Source of the DNA: Trueperaceae bacterium
Lineage (GTDB): Bacteria; Deinococcota; Deinococci; Deinococcales; Trueperaceae
DNA: 64,000 nucleotides
NCBI GenBank assembly: GCA_965214405.1
Contig: OZ243956.1
Coordinates: forward strand, 2,752,001 to 2,816,000
Direction of reading: 5' to 3'
Part shown: piece by piece, positions 50,989-60,170 of the stretch
Numbering within the stretch: the stretch's first letter is position 1
Layout: each line of letters begins with the position of its first letter
Program-made: the position numbers and the translations under genes
The notes under the pieces: generated by a model
What the model saw: the letters and a program-made list of their open reading frames with translations, nothing else
Databases searched by the model: none
What the model was told of the DNA's origin: nothing

Positions 50989-52101
50989 TCACGTAGTGGG
51001 GGAAGAAAAGGCGTGGTGCCTTATGGTGTCATGGGAGACGAGCGGCTGCTTGGAACAACGCCTAGCTCTAAAAGAAGCCATGCGACCTGCGCCAGGACGC
51101 GACCACTGCATCCCCGACTGTTTCATGCGGAAGCCGATGACGCTCTTGTTGACGCCCTCGACTTGACCAGAGCCAATGGGTAAGCCACAATTTTTATAAC
51201 TGGGGTAATCCATATGGTGTTGACGTTCTTGAAGATAGCGTAAAGCCGTTTGTGATGTGTCATCCCAGCTCAGCCAAACAGCAGGGTCAGGACGATGCGT
51301 TTGTAACCAATCCGCAGCAGCAATCTCGCCGCTAAGCCAAGAGCGTCTTGTTTGGCTACGTTCGCGCTCATCCCAGCCGAGAGCTTCCATAAGGGTGTCA
51401 AGGTAAGCACTGCTGTGGTAAACGTCGATGATGTGTGGGATACCCAGATGCTCGTAAAGGTTTTTGATCCAACTCGCGCCATCGCTCAGGCCGACGACTT
51501 CATCATCTTGTCTCAGGCCTGCTTCACGCATCAGCCCCGCTACTTGGTCGGTAAACGCTGTCGCCTCACACACATCGGCTAACAGGCTGCGTTGCTGAGG
51601 TGCAGACACCGGGTGGATCACCGCGCTCTTGATCTCGATGCCGCCACAAACCCCGTCCTGAGCTTTTTCGAGCACCCGCACCCCGTCAACTTCAATCACC
51701 ACTTTCCGCCCTCGTCCTGCTAGCAACGCTGCATCTTTGGCCGTGTCCAGCAGCTCGCGCGTTTGCGCCTGACAAGCGCTGGCGTAAGGTTGGGTCAAGC
51801 GCTCCAAGCCCGCGCGACTCATGCCCGGCAACATCTCAAAGTCACGGCTGACTTCTACCGCTTTTTCATACGATAAAGCGCTACTCAAACGCATCATCAC
51901 GTTCAATGCGCCCGCTGTCCAACCACTGCCGTCTAAGTTTGGGTCCAGGGCGACTTGGCAATGTCTGCCGTCTTTGTGTTCGTACCTTTGACTGGGTACG
52001 CGCACGCTCCCCCAGAAGTGCTTGACCTCAAGCTCGCCCCGTCCGTCTTTATGCCAACCCTCGCTTTTGTTCATCAGAGGGGGGAAAATCCTGGCTCTCA
52101 A
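50989..52101 (-). CDS. DDE transposase, main frame
   Basis: EVDG, LSDGASWI, IDVYH, PIGSGQVEG, RMKQSGMQW. Confidence 0.88.
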   Translation of the reverse strand: MRARIFPPLMNKSEGWHKDGRGELEVKHFWGSVRVPSQRYEHKDGRHCQVALDPNLDGSGWTAGALNVMMRLSSALSYEKAVEVSRDFEMLPGMSRAGLERLTQPYASACQAQTRELLDTAKDAALLAGRGRKVVIEVDGVRVLEKAQDGVCGGIEIKSAVIHPVSAPQQRSLLADVCEATAFTDQVAGLMREAGLRQDDEVVGLSDGASWIKNLYEHLGIPHIIDVYHSSAYLDTLMEALGWDERERSQTRRSWLSGEIAAADWLQTHRPDPAVWLSWDDTSQTALRYLQERQHHMDYPSYKNCGLPIGSGQVEGVNKSVIGFRMKQSGMQWSRPGAGRMASFRARRCSKQPLVSHDTIRHHAFSSPTT

Positions 52102-52267
52102 CCAGGTGCTGCATCAGGCGACTCATCAGGCTACTTTGTCGCTTTAGCAAGGCCGCTTCTATTTCGTTCATGCTCGCTTTCGTCCCTAGCTCCTGCTTTA
52201 TCTCCGCAACAATGCTCTTGATGATGGCGTCCAGTTCTTCTACCCTTTGCTCTGCGTCTGTTGTCAT
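52049..52267 (-). CDS. IS upstream ORF, probably the transposase N-terminus
   Basis: Inside the IRs; overlaps main ORF across a T4C6 run. Confidence 0.65.
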   Translation of the reverse strand: MTTDAEQRVEELDAIIKSIVAEIKQELGTKASMNEIEAALLKRQSSLMSRLMQHLVESQDFPPSDEQKRGLA

Positions 52268-52764
52268 CGTCCTGTTTTATCACCCCCATTCACTGAGTTG
52301 CACCCCATCGGCTCTGGACAATAGAAGGAGCCAATAAGTGGGTGGTGAGCTCACGCGCGTAGTGGGATGCAGTAGTCCAGAGCGGGCGCAGGCAGCCGCG
52401 AATGGCGTCGATGCGCGCGCTCTTGTGCAGCAAGAAGCCTCTGCTTACCTTCTAACGAACTTAGACTTCAGGCTTATCCGCAACCCTTACCTCAGACGCT
52501 TCAGCAAGCTGCCTAATCCGCTCTCGGAGCGATGCACCCAGCCGACGGAAAACGGAAGAGCGATATAAAAGTCTACTCACAAAGGCTGAGTGAAATTTAG
52601 GAACCAAGCGGCCAGACGCGGTCATAAGTTTTGTGCGAGAGCCGCGCGCAACTGTTGCCTAAAATCAACCAAAAACAGACGCGCTAAAAACGTCGTCACA
52701 CTCAATTTTGTGGGTAGTCCTCAGGCTTAGACTTTTCGGCACCCTCCTTACGCCTACTAACCTG

Positions 52765-53904
52765 TTAACGCTCGAGAACCAAGTCTCGAGCAAACCCCGT
52801 CAACACCTCTACCCCTTCGTCTGTTACCACCACATCGTCCTCGACACGCACGCCGCCGAGCCCCGGCACGTACACGCCCGGTTCGATGGTAAAGATCATG
52901 CCCGGCTCTAAAAGGTCCGTGACACCCGCGGCAATCTGTGGGATAGGCTCATGAACCTCCAGCCCTAAGCCGTGCCCCGTGCGGTGGATAAAGCGAGGGC
53001 CGTACCCGGCGTCTTCGATGACGCGCCGCGCCGCCCTGTCCACCTTGCCCATCGGCACGCCCGGCCCGGCGGCTTTTACAGCGGCCCGGTTCGCGCGCAG
53101 CACCGCGTCGTGGACGCGCCGCATCTCCTCACTGGGGGTTCCCAAACAAAAGGTCCGGGTGATGTCCGCGGGGTAGCCTTCTACGGTGCCGCCGAAGTCG
53201 AGAAGCAAAAACTCACCTTTTTGGAGCGCCCGGTCGCTCACGCCGCCGTGGGGCAAGGCGCTGTTGGGTCCCGTCTGGACGAGCGAGCCGAACGCCTCGC
53301 CCTCGCTGCCCTCCGCGCGCAGCGCCTCGGTGAGTTGTGCGGCGATGGCGCGCTCCGTCATGCCCGGTTCTAGCCCTGACAACACCCTCTCGAGCGCCCT
53401 TTCACTTAGCTTGACGGCCCGGCGCACGGCGTCCACCTCCCCCGCCGTTTTTCTCGCCCGGATGGCGATGAGGTCGCGCTCGAGCGGCTTTACCCGCAAC
53501 GTTTCGTTCACACGCTTGAACGCCAGCCACTCGCTCACCCGCATCGTCATGCCGTCCACGCCGAGCGTCCCGCCCCGGAGCCCTAGTCCCGCCACCGCCT
53601 CTTTGAACGCGCCTTCAAACCCCGCCTCGTCCGTCCACACGAACGCCTGCGCCGCCAAGTCGGGGCGGGCGTCTAGCTGGGGCAGCTCGAGCTCGGGAAT
53701 AATCACCGCCACCCCACCGTCCGGTGTGAAATCCGGTGTGAAAAGCGCGATGATGGGTCTTTCCGAAAGGTGAAAGTGGAGCCCGATAAAGTAGACCAGG
53801 TTCGCCCCCGGCACGAGCGCCACCGCGTCTACGCCGCGAATACTTCGCAGCTTCTCCTGCCGCTCTGCGTAGTCCGGCCCTCCTGTCTTTGGTTGACGCG
53901 TCAC
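52765..53904 (-). CDS. M24 family Xaa-Pro peptidase
   Basis: [39 protein letters not shown]. Confidence 0.93.
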   Translation of the reverse strand: MTRQPKTGGPDYAERQEKLRSIRGVDAVALVPGANLVYFIGLHFHLSERPIIALFTPDFTPDGGVAVIIPELELPQLDARPDLAAQAFVWTDEAGFEGAFKEAVAGLGLRGGTLGVDGMTMRVSEWLAFKRVNETLRVKPLERDLIAIRARKTAGEVDAVRRAVKLSERALERVLSGLEPGMTERAIAAQLTEALRAEGSEGEAFGSLVQTGPNSALPHGGVSDRALQKGEFLLLDFGGTVEGYPADITRTFCLGTPSEEMRRVHDAVLRANRAAVKAAGPGVPMGKVDRAARRVIEDAGYGPRFIHRTGHGLGLEVHEPIPQIAAGVTDLLEPGMIFTIEPGVYVPGLGGVRVEDDVVVTDEGVEVLTGFARDLVLER

Positions 53905-54000
53905 CGCTCTTCCTCCGTTAAAATTCTACAACTGCTTCACGCCTTTTAGGCTGTTTTATTTATTATCTTTCCACTGCGCAGCTTTCGGCGCTCCTGAACG

Positions 54001-54309
54001 TTAGTTCAGCACTCGCACCTCGTCGGCCTGGACCTCACCGTCCAACAGAACGCCCTGAACCCATACGCGTGTGCCCGGCGTCACGGCGCTCAGGATGAGG
54101 GGTTCGCCTGTTGAGTTCAAGAGAGTCGTTTGCGCGTCTGTGACGATGAGATAAACTCTGCCGCCTTCACGCACATAGAGGTTTGGCAGGGCCACTTGGC
54201 GAGCAACCTCTCCAACAAAAGACGTTTGGGGCGGTTCTTCGCACGCCGCCGTGCGGGGGGCGCAGGAAGCGAGCCCGAAAAAGAGAAGGAGACCGAGCAG
54301 AAAACGCAT
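54001..54309 (-). CDS. Small putative lipoprotein
   Basis: MRFLLGLLLFFGLASC lipobox. Confidence 0.7.
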   Translation of the reverse strand: MRFLLGLLLFFGLASCAPRTAACEEPPQTSFVGEVARQVALPNLYVREGGRVYLIVTDAQTTLLNSTGEPLILSAVTPGTRVWVQGVLLDGEVQADEVRVLN

Positions 54310-54401
54310 AAGGGGGAGTTTAAGGCAGCTCGAGATGAGGCTGTTGAGGCCGCGGCACCAGATGAAATCTGCTGAACTGGAAAATGCGGTGGGCAGCAGC
54401 G

Positions 54402-56126
54402 CTACTGCCCCACCCAGGAATCGTTTTCGGGCTGAGCATTGGGCGCTGAGCCCGTGGTGACGACCAGTTGACCGTCCACAAAACCCGCCACAGGTGACTG
54501 TCTGGGCGCGGGTAGAGGCGTGAGGTCGCGCCAGGCGTCCGCCGCGGGGTCGTACTCCAAAACCGCCTCGACCTCCTTTGACTTTTGCGTCACGCCGCCC
54601 ACGACGATGATGTGGCCGCCCCAGGCGAGCGTCGAGGCCGAGGTGTGCGAGAGCGGCAGCGGCAACGGGGCCACCGCCTGCCATGTTCCGGTGGCGGGGT
54701 CGAAAGCGTCCACGCTTACTTGGTTGCCCCCCTCCTCATCACCCAGATGCTGCCCGCCTACCGCGTAAATTTTGCCGCCCAGGGCCGCGCCCGCGATGTG
54801 GTTGCGCGGATTGGGGAGCGGCGCGGCACCCTCCCAGGCCACCGGGTTGTCCAAGTCGAGCGTCCAGTGGTCGCCCTTATCCTCTAGATAACGCCCTCCC
54901 ACGCGAACCGTGCCGCCAAAGAAGTGCAGCGTCCGGCCGAGCTTGACGAGCGCGCCGCCGCCACGCTTTTCGGGTAGCGACGGTCCCCGTTCCCAGGTAT
55001 CTTCGCGCGTGTTGTAAACGAGCACGACGTCGGAACTGGGGCCGGGATGATCTCCGGCAAAGCCGCCTGCCAGATAGACCCGCTCGCCGTCCACCGCGGT
55101 GCCCGCGTGGGTCATCGGCACAGGCATATCGCTCCGCCTCTTCCAGGTGTTGGCGGCAACGTCGTAGGCAAACACCTCGGCGGTCGCTTTCACATCGTGG
55201 GTGTAAAAACCGCCGAACACATAAAGAGCGCCGCCAACGGCTGCGCCCTGCGATTCGAACAGCGTGAGGGGCGCGTCCGCGGCGTCCTGCCACGCCAAAG
55301 GCGCGGTCTCGGGCGGCGACGTGACGTTAACCGTAAGACTCGCTTGAGACGCAGCTTCAGTTCCGTCACCCGCCCCGTCAAAGGTGACGCGCACCCCGTA
55401 GGCGTAGCTTCCGGGCGTGGCGGTGCTCGAGGGCGCGCTTAGGGTAAGTTCGAAATCCGCGCCGTCTGTAACGCCCTCTGAAGCGCCGTCTAAGGGTTTT
55501 ACCTCCCACTTAACACCGCTTGCGGCGCTGAGGGGGGCACCGTCGGCGTCGGTCAGGGTCAGGGTCGGCTCGCCGGAAACGTTTTGTTCGTTCTCGAGCG
55601 TCACCACCAGCGAGGTCGCGCCGTCCAACGTCACGTCCACCGCGCTCTGAGACAGCTCGAGGCCGAAACCCGGTTCCGGCTCAGGCGCAGGTCCTGGTGC
55701 GGGCTCCGGTTCCGGCTCTCCCTTGCTCAACACCAAGTCCGCTTTTCTGGTGTTGTCGGACGTGTTAAAGGTTGCGCCGGAAAAACTGTCGGCGCTGCTA
55801 AAGGTGCCGTCCAGTCGGGTGTCTCCGGCACCCGCCGACAGCGCGTCTCCCGTGAGCGTGCCCGTGTAGAGTACGGGGTCCGAAGCGCCCTGGCGGTACT
55901 CGAGCGTTACAGCCGTTCCTGCCATTTGCAGGCTCCAGGTCACGCCTACTGGCTCGGGCGCTCCCCCAGCCTGTTCAGCCTGAGGGGTCGCCGTGCCGTG
56001 CCACGGGCCGCTAACGTCATAGGTCGGCACTACGGGTGTGGTGACGGCATCCTCGCTGTTGCAGGCTGCAAGAACGACCATCACAGAAAGAACAACAAAA
56101 AAGGTGGAGGGGGGAAGGTTTTTCAT
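54402..56126 (-). CDS. Kelch-repeat lipoprotein
   Basis: Lipobox LAAC, Pro-Glu linker, about six Kelch blades (LYVFGG, VYLAGG, LHFFGG, IYAVGG, IIVVGG). Confidence 0.88.
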   Translation of the reverse strand: MKNLPPSTFFVVLSVMVVLAACNSEDAVTTPVVPTYDVSGPWHGTATPQAEQAGGAPEPVGVTWSLQMAGTAVTLEYRQGASDPVLYTGTLTGDALSAGAGDTRLDGTFSSADSFSGATFNTSDNTRKADLVLSKGEPEPEPAPGPAPEPEPGFGLELSQSAVDVTLDGATSLVVTLENEQNVSGEPTLTLTDADGAPLSAASGVKWEVKPLDGASEGVTDGADFELTLSAPSSTATPGSYAYGVRVTFDGAGDGTEAASQASLTVNVTSPPETAPLAWQDAADAPLTLFESQGAAVGGALYVFGGFYTHDVKATAEVFAYDVAANTWKRRSDMPVPMTHAGTAVDGERVYLAGGFAGDHPGPSSDVVLVYNTREDTWERGPSLPEKRGGGALVKLGRTLHFFGGTVRVGGRYLEDKGDHWTLDLDNPVAWEGAAPLPNPRNHIAGAALGGKIYAVGGQHLGDEEGGNQVSVDAFDPATGTWQAVAPLPLPLSHTSASTLAWGGHIIVVGGVTQKSKEVEAVLEYDPAADAWRDLTPLPAPRQSPVAGFVDGQLVVTTGSAPNAQPENDSWVGQ

Positions 56127-56199
56127 AATCAAATCCTAATGGCTGAGAGTTTGAGTTTGCTGAAAAGCGGGATTAGCTGCGTTACGCGCCTATACACTA

Positions 56200-56591
56200 T
56201 GTACAGTTTTATTACGGCGCGACGGTATATTAATGTTACAAAAGATACTTTTCCTTAAAATGTCCACCGGCTCCTGTTCTGGATTTCGCGCAAGACGGTG
56301 GGGTATCAATTTATCTACCGTCTATCTGTGGTTCATCTGCCGACGAAGCTCGTTTATCTTTGACCGAGCCTGCACTGAAGCTTACGTGCTGGACCGTATT
56401 TTTGCCATACGTGTTTGTGGGGTCGCGTCGCCATTGATGATCGCCATTGATGTAGGTCTCCTCGGCTGGTTGGGTGGTGGCACGTTGAGTGGGTGTAAAG
56501 CCATAAGTTGGTGCCTACTCAGAAGTGTCACATATCGTAAATTTGAGCGAGTAATTTTGCGCCAGTGACGAGGCCGGTATAAAACTGTACA
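56200..56591. repeat. Inverted repeat pair (17/19) bounding a 392-bp AT-richer segment
   Basis: TGTACAGTTTTATTACGGC (56200-56218) versus GCCGGTATAAAACTGTACA (56573-56591); outer 13 bp perfect. Confidence 0.75.
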
Positions 56592-56879
56592 CGCATTACG
56601 TGGTACCGCGTTACATCATGCACCGCTCAGTTCTTGGTGTCAGGTTATGAGTTTATGAGCGCATCAGCTCCTTACGACTCGTCACGCCCGACCACCTTTT
56701 TAGCACACGCGGCGGGAGACGCTTTATAATACGGAGTGGGTTTCTGAGAAGGTGTTGCGTCAGGGTCTTACCTATCCATCATAGCCGCGCCACTGTGAAC
56801 TAGTTCACTTGATGAGGCTAAACCGGTGGCAGCAAACTCGTAACGCCAAGCTCATAACACCAAGGCGGGTGACTCGAGC

Positions 56880-57806
56880 CTAAACCGCTTTTTGCTCCGT
56901 CCTCTCCACCAGAGCGTCGTCCTCTTTCGCTCTTCTAGACAAAGCGTCTTTAGCCACAGCGGTTCCGGCAAAGTCCGGATTGGCGCGGCGCGGGGGTTCT
57001 CGCTCGTACGTCGCCGCGTCCACCTGAAGGAGGGCGAACTCGGGATTGCCGCCGCGCTCTTTCCACACGCGCGGCTTGGCGGGCAGGCCCAACCCGACCA
57101 CGTGCGGGTCTAGGTCGCGCGTGGCGAGCGCGAACGCGCCCAACATGCTGTCGTCACTCAGCACGGTGCCCGCCAAAACGGTCGCGTGGTACGCCACGCG
57201 GACGCCCCGACCGATGACCGTCTCTTTGAGCGTGACGTCGGCGGGCTCGAGCACGTCGTGCGTGTGGCTGTAGACGTTGACAAAGTCCGACAAGGACGCG
57301 CCGTCATGAATTTTAACCCCGCCGATGTCGTCGATAAACACGTGGCGGTGGATGACCACGTCGTCGCCCACCTCGAGGTTGTAACCCACCGAGACCTCGA
57401 CGTTTTGAAAAATCTTGAGGTTTTTGCCCGCGCGCGCGAAGATGCGCTCCGCGAGCATCCGGCGCAGGCGCACGCCGCTATAAACGGACTGGCCCAGAGG
57501 CGTCGTGTCGAGACCTTTCCAGAGCCAGAGGAGCGGCTTCACGCGGGCGAAACGGTCCTTGTCGGTTGCGACGTAATACTCCGCCTCGAAGGTGATGTTG
57601 CGCGGGTCCAGCGCGAGCGCCGCGAGCGGCGACGCGGCCTCGAGCTCCCCGTAAGCACGTCCGTACAAAAGCTCGGCAAGCGTGTCCCGCACGGTCTCGT
57701 TGCGGTCTAAGCTCTCGTCGTCGAGCCGCTCGGCAAGCTCCCGGACGAAACGCTCGAGCGTTTCCTCGGCGCTTGGGGCGGGGCGGCGGTCGGTAAGCCA
57801 GGGCAT
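56880..57806 (-). CDS. Hexapeptide-repeat acyltransferase
   Basis: NLEVGDDVVIH, VKIHDGASLS, TVIGRGVRV, GLPAK; SD GAGGAG. Confidence 0.85.
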   Translation of the reverse strand: MPWLTDRRPAPSAEETLERFVRELAERLDDESLDRNETVRDTLAELLYGRAYGELEAASPLAALALDPRNITFEAEYYVATDKDRFARVKPLLWLWKGLDTTPLGQSVYSGVRLRRMLAERIFARAGKNLKIFQNVEVSVGYNLEVGDDVVIHRHVFIDDIGGVKIHDGASLSDFVNVYSHTHDVLEPADVTLKETVIGRGVRVAYHATVLAGTVLSDDSMLGAFALATRDLDPHVVGLGLPAKPRVWKERGGNPEFALLQVDAATYEREPPRRANPDFAGTAVAKDALSRRAKEDDALVERTEQKAV

Positions 57807-58112
57807 GGGTCTCCTCAGCTCTACCTTAGCCCCCCAAGAAGCGAAAAGCGCGTAAGGTAGCCGACGCACCTTGTAAGAACGCACCCCATAAGAACGCCCA
57901 CCGTGACCCAGGGTGTGTTGACCTTCTAGATTATCCGCCAAGAGATTTATCGTGCTGCAAGCGAGAAGCAAGGAGCGAAGAGGTTTGCGAAGCGCGAAAA
58001 CTTACCCGCGTCTCGAGCTTGAATGATTTTCTTAAAACGCAAATGTCAGCACAACCTAGGTCGACCCAGGGAAAAAAGCAATTCAACCTTTCACTTGATA
58101 AACCAAAGCGAG

Positions 58113-58967
58113 TCACCGTCTGAGGGCGTAAGGTCCCGCCTCATCCGCCCCCACATGAAGCACCCGCATCTCGTTCATAAGCTTCTTGAGCCCCGCGAGC
58201 AGACTACGTTCGGCCATGCCCTCAAGCTCCGGGTGAAGCTCGGGGTAGACGGCGCGGCGGAGTTCGGCGAGGGTCAGAGGACTGCCCTCGAGCGCCGCCA
58301 GAACCTGCCCCTCACGCGCCAGCCGGTGCGCTTTAATTTCTTCTAGCTTCTCCTTGGGATTGGTCACAAGGGGGCCGTGACCGGGGCCGATGGTGGTGAG
58401 GGGGAGCTCGAGAAGCCCCTCCACCGTCTTTAAGAAGGCCGCCACATCGCCCTCGGGCAGCCCCACCCAGGTCGAGCCCTCGCCCGCCACCACGTCGCCC
58501 GCCAAAAGCGTCTGGGGGTCGGGAAGGTAAAAAGAGAGGTGGCCGGGGGAGTGACCGGGCGTGTGGAGCGCGCGCACCGTTTTGTCGCCGACCGTGAGGG
58601 TGCGGTCGCCGGGGAGCGCCCGCGCATTTTTCGCGCCACTTTCGGTGAGGCGGGGAAGCTCGAGCGGGTGGACGTACACGGGCGGGTCGCCGAAATGCGC
58701 CTGCACGCGCGCCACACCCTCGAGATGGTCGGAATGCGTGTGGGTCAGCAAGATGGCCTTGAGGAATGTTACGCCAGTCTCCTCGAGGGCGCGCTTCACA
58801 ACCTCCACCGCCTCTAAGGTGTCGCTCCCCGCGTCCACCAGCACACCGACACCCCCGTCGGAAACGACGTAGCTGTTGGTGTGGTCAAAGGGCGGCAGCG
58901 TGCGGCTCGGCAGCGGCAGGCGCAGAACGCCCGGCGCGACGCGTTCGGTTTGTATGGGTTCAGTCAT
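58113..58967 (-). CDS. MBL-fold metallo-hydrolase (LACTB2-like)
   Basis: LTHTHSDH, TPGHSPGH, AGD, GPGHG. Confidence 0.9.
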   Translation of the reverse strand: MTEPIQTERVAPGVLRLPLPSRTLPPFDHTNSYVVSDGGVGVLVDAGSDTLEAVEVVKRALEETGVTFLKAILLTHTHSDHLEGVARVQAHFGDPPVYVHPLELPRLTESGAKNARALPGDRTLTVGDKTVRALHTPGHSPGHLSFYLPDPQTLLAGDVVAGEGSTWVGLPEGDVAAFLKTVEGLLELPLTTIGPGHGPLVTNPKEKLEEIKAHRLAREGQVLAALEGSPLTLAELRRAVYPELHPELEGMAERSLLAGLKKLMNEMRVLHVGADEAGPYALRR

Positions 58968-59117
58968 GGCGTGTGTGGAGGTGGGGAACAAAGAAGATAG
59001 GGCAATAAGGCGGTGTAGAAGTGTGGGAACAGAGTGTGGGGCCGTGAAACCTCTTCCCACCCTCCGCATTCCCGTCTCCCCCGCGCCCTGTCCCCCACCT
59101 CCCGTGCTCCCTATCCC

Positions 59118-60092
59118 CTACTGTCCCGTCAAAAATGCGACCGCGGCGTCCAAGGCCCCGTCCGGCTGGGTCTCAATGTCGGGCACCACGCCGCGGCCCT
59201 CCCAGGTCGCGCCGCGGATGGGAGCCAACACGCCCGTGGCAATCCAGGCTTGCGAGCCGTCGCGGAGGCAAAAGGGCAGCACCGCCTCGACGTTGCCCGC
59301 GCTCCTTTCGCCGACGACGGTGGCGCGCCCGTTGGCCTGGAGCGCGCCCGCCAAGCCCTCGGCGGCGCTGTTCACATCGCCGTCAATAAGGACCGCCAAA
59401 GGCAGCTCGGTCTCGACGGCTCCCAGCGCGGGATAAGGGAGGGGCAGCGTCCAGCGGGTGAGGGTGCGCCACAAGAAGCCGCTCGTAAAAATCCCGGCGG
59501 TCTGCATCATCTCGACCAAACGACCACCAGGGTTGCCGCGCAGGTCGAGCACGAAGCTCTGCGCGCCTTCACCCTTCAGGTCCTGCACTGCCCGCCGCAG
59601 ATTTTGCGAGGTTCCGGGGGTGGCTAAGTCGGGCACGCGCAAGTAGCCCACGCCCGCGTCAAGGAGTTCAAAATCTATCTTGCCGCGGTTTCCCTGACTG
59701 CCCTGGACGCTGCCAAACACGCCCAGGCAGGGCAGGTCGCCGTACTCTCTTCTAATCTCCTCCACCCGGTCGGGCGGCACAAAGACGGAGTGATTGTCGC
59801 CCAATTCACCGTACATGTTTTCTAGAACGCCGTAAAAGGCGCGGTCGTTTTTGGCGGAGAGGGCTCGGGGTTCGTACTCGAGCCGAACCGCGTCCCAGTC
59901 CACCCCCTCGAACGTCGCGTCCCAATACCGCTCCTCGACGAGTTCCCAGGCGTTGTTAAAGCGGGTGGCGTAGTCCTGCTGAGTCTGGGTAGCTTGCGCG
60001 TTTGCCGTGAAAACGAACGGCGTAGCGGTCATCATAGTCATGACTACGGCGCACACGAAAAGAAACCTCACAAGGCTTTTAGAGGATGTCAT
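59118..60092 (-). CDS. S41 family peptidase lacking PDZ
   Basis: Signal peptide, DNHS, LDLRGNPGG, NSAAE, EGRGVVPD. Confidence 0.88.
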   Translation of the reverse strand: MTSSKSLVRFLFVCAVVMTMMTATPFVFTANAQATQTQQDYATRFNNAWELVEERYWDATFEGVDWDAVRLEYEPRALSAKNDRAFYGVLENMYGELGDNHSVFVPPDRVEEIRREYGDLPCLGVFGSVQGSQGNRGKIDFELLDAGVGYLRVPDLATPGTSQNLRRAVQDLKGEGAQSFVLDLRGNPGGRLVEMMQTAGIFTSGFLWRTLTRWTLPLPYPALGAVETELPLAVLIDGDVNSAAEGLAGALQANGRATVVGERSAGNVEAVLPFCLRDGSQAWIATGVLAPIRGATWEGRGVVPDIETQPDGALDAAVAFLTGQ

Positions 60093-60170
60093 ACCCCATC
60101 CTACCGCGCATCCTGATTTTCACGGTGCTTTCACAGTGCTAGAGCGACGCTGTATCAAAGAGACGCTGTA

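Larger units (their letters stand above)
50980..52305 (-). mobile_element. ISKra4/ISLre2-like (Mutator-type) insertion sequence, 1326 bp
   Basis: IRs GGGTGCAACTCA (12/12; 19/23 extended); 8-bp target duplication CATCGGCT at 50972-50979 and 52306-52313. Confidence 0.88.

Noticed and set aside
5204..52305. Composite transposon formed by the two IS elements
   Set aside because: They belong to different families with unrelated IRs, and core genes lie between them.
52338..52568. 76-aa ORF with an SD-like sequence beside the IS
   Set aside because: No recognisable motif; may be a remnant, so not called.
54310..54684. N-terminal extension of the 54001 ORF given in the track
   Set aside because: It overlaps the Kelch gene; the signal peptide and -10 point to ATG 54309.
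55670..55720. GC-rich repeats within the Kelch gene
   Set aside because: They encode an ordinary Pro-Glu/Pro-Ala linker.
56233..56568. 111-aa ORF inside the inverted-repeat segment
   Set aside because: Atypical composition, no SD and no transposase or recombinase motifs.
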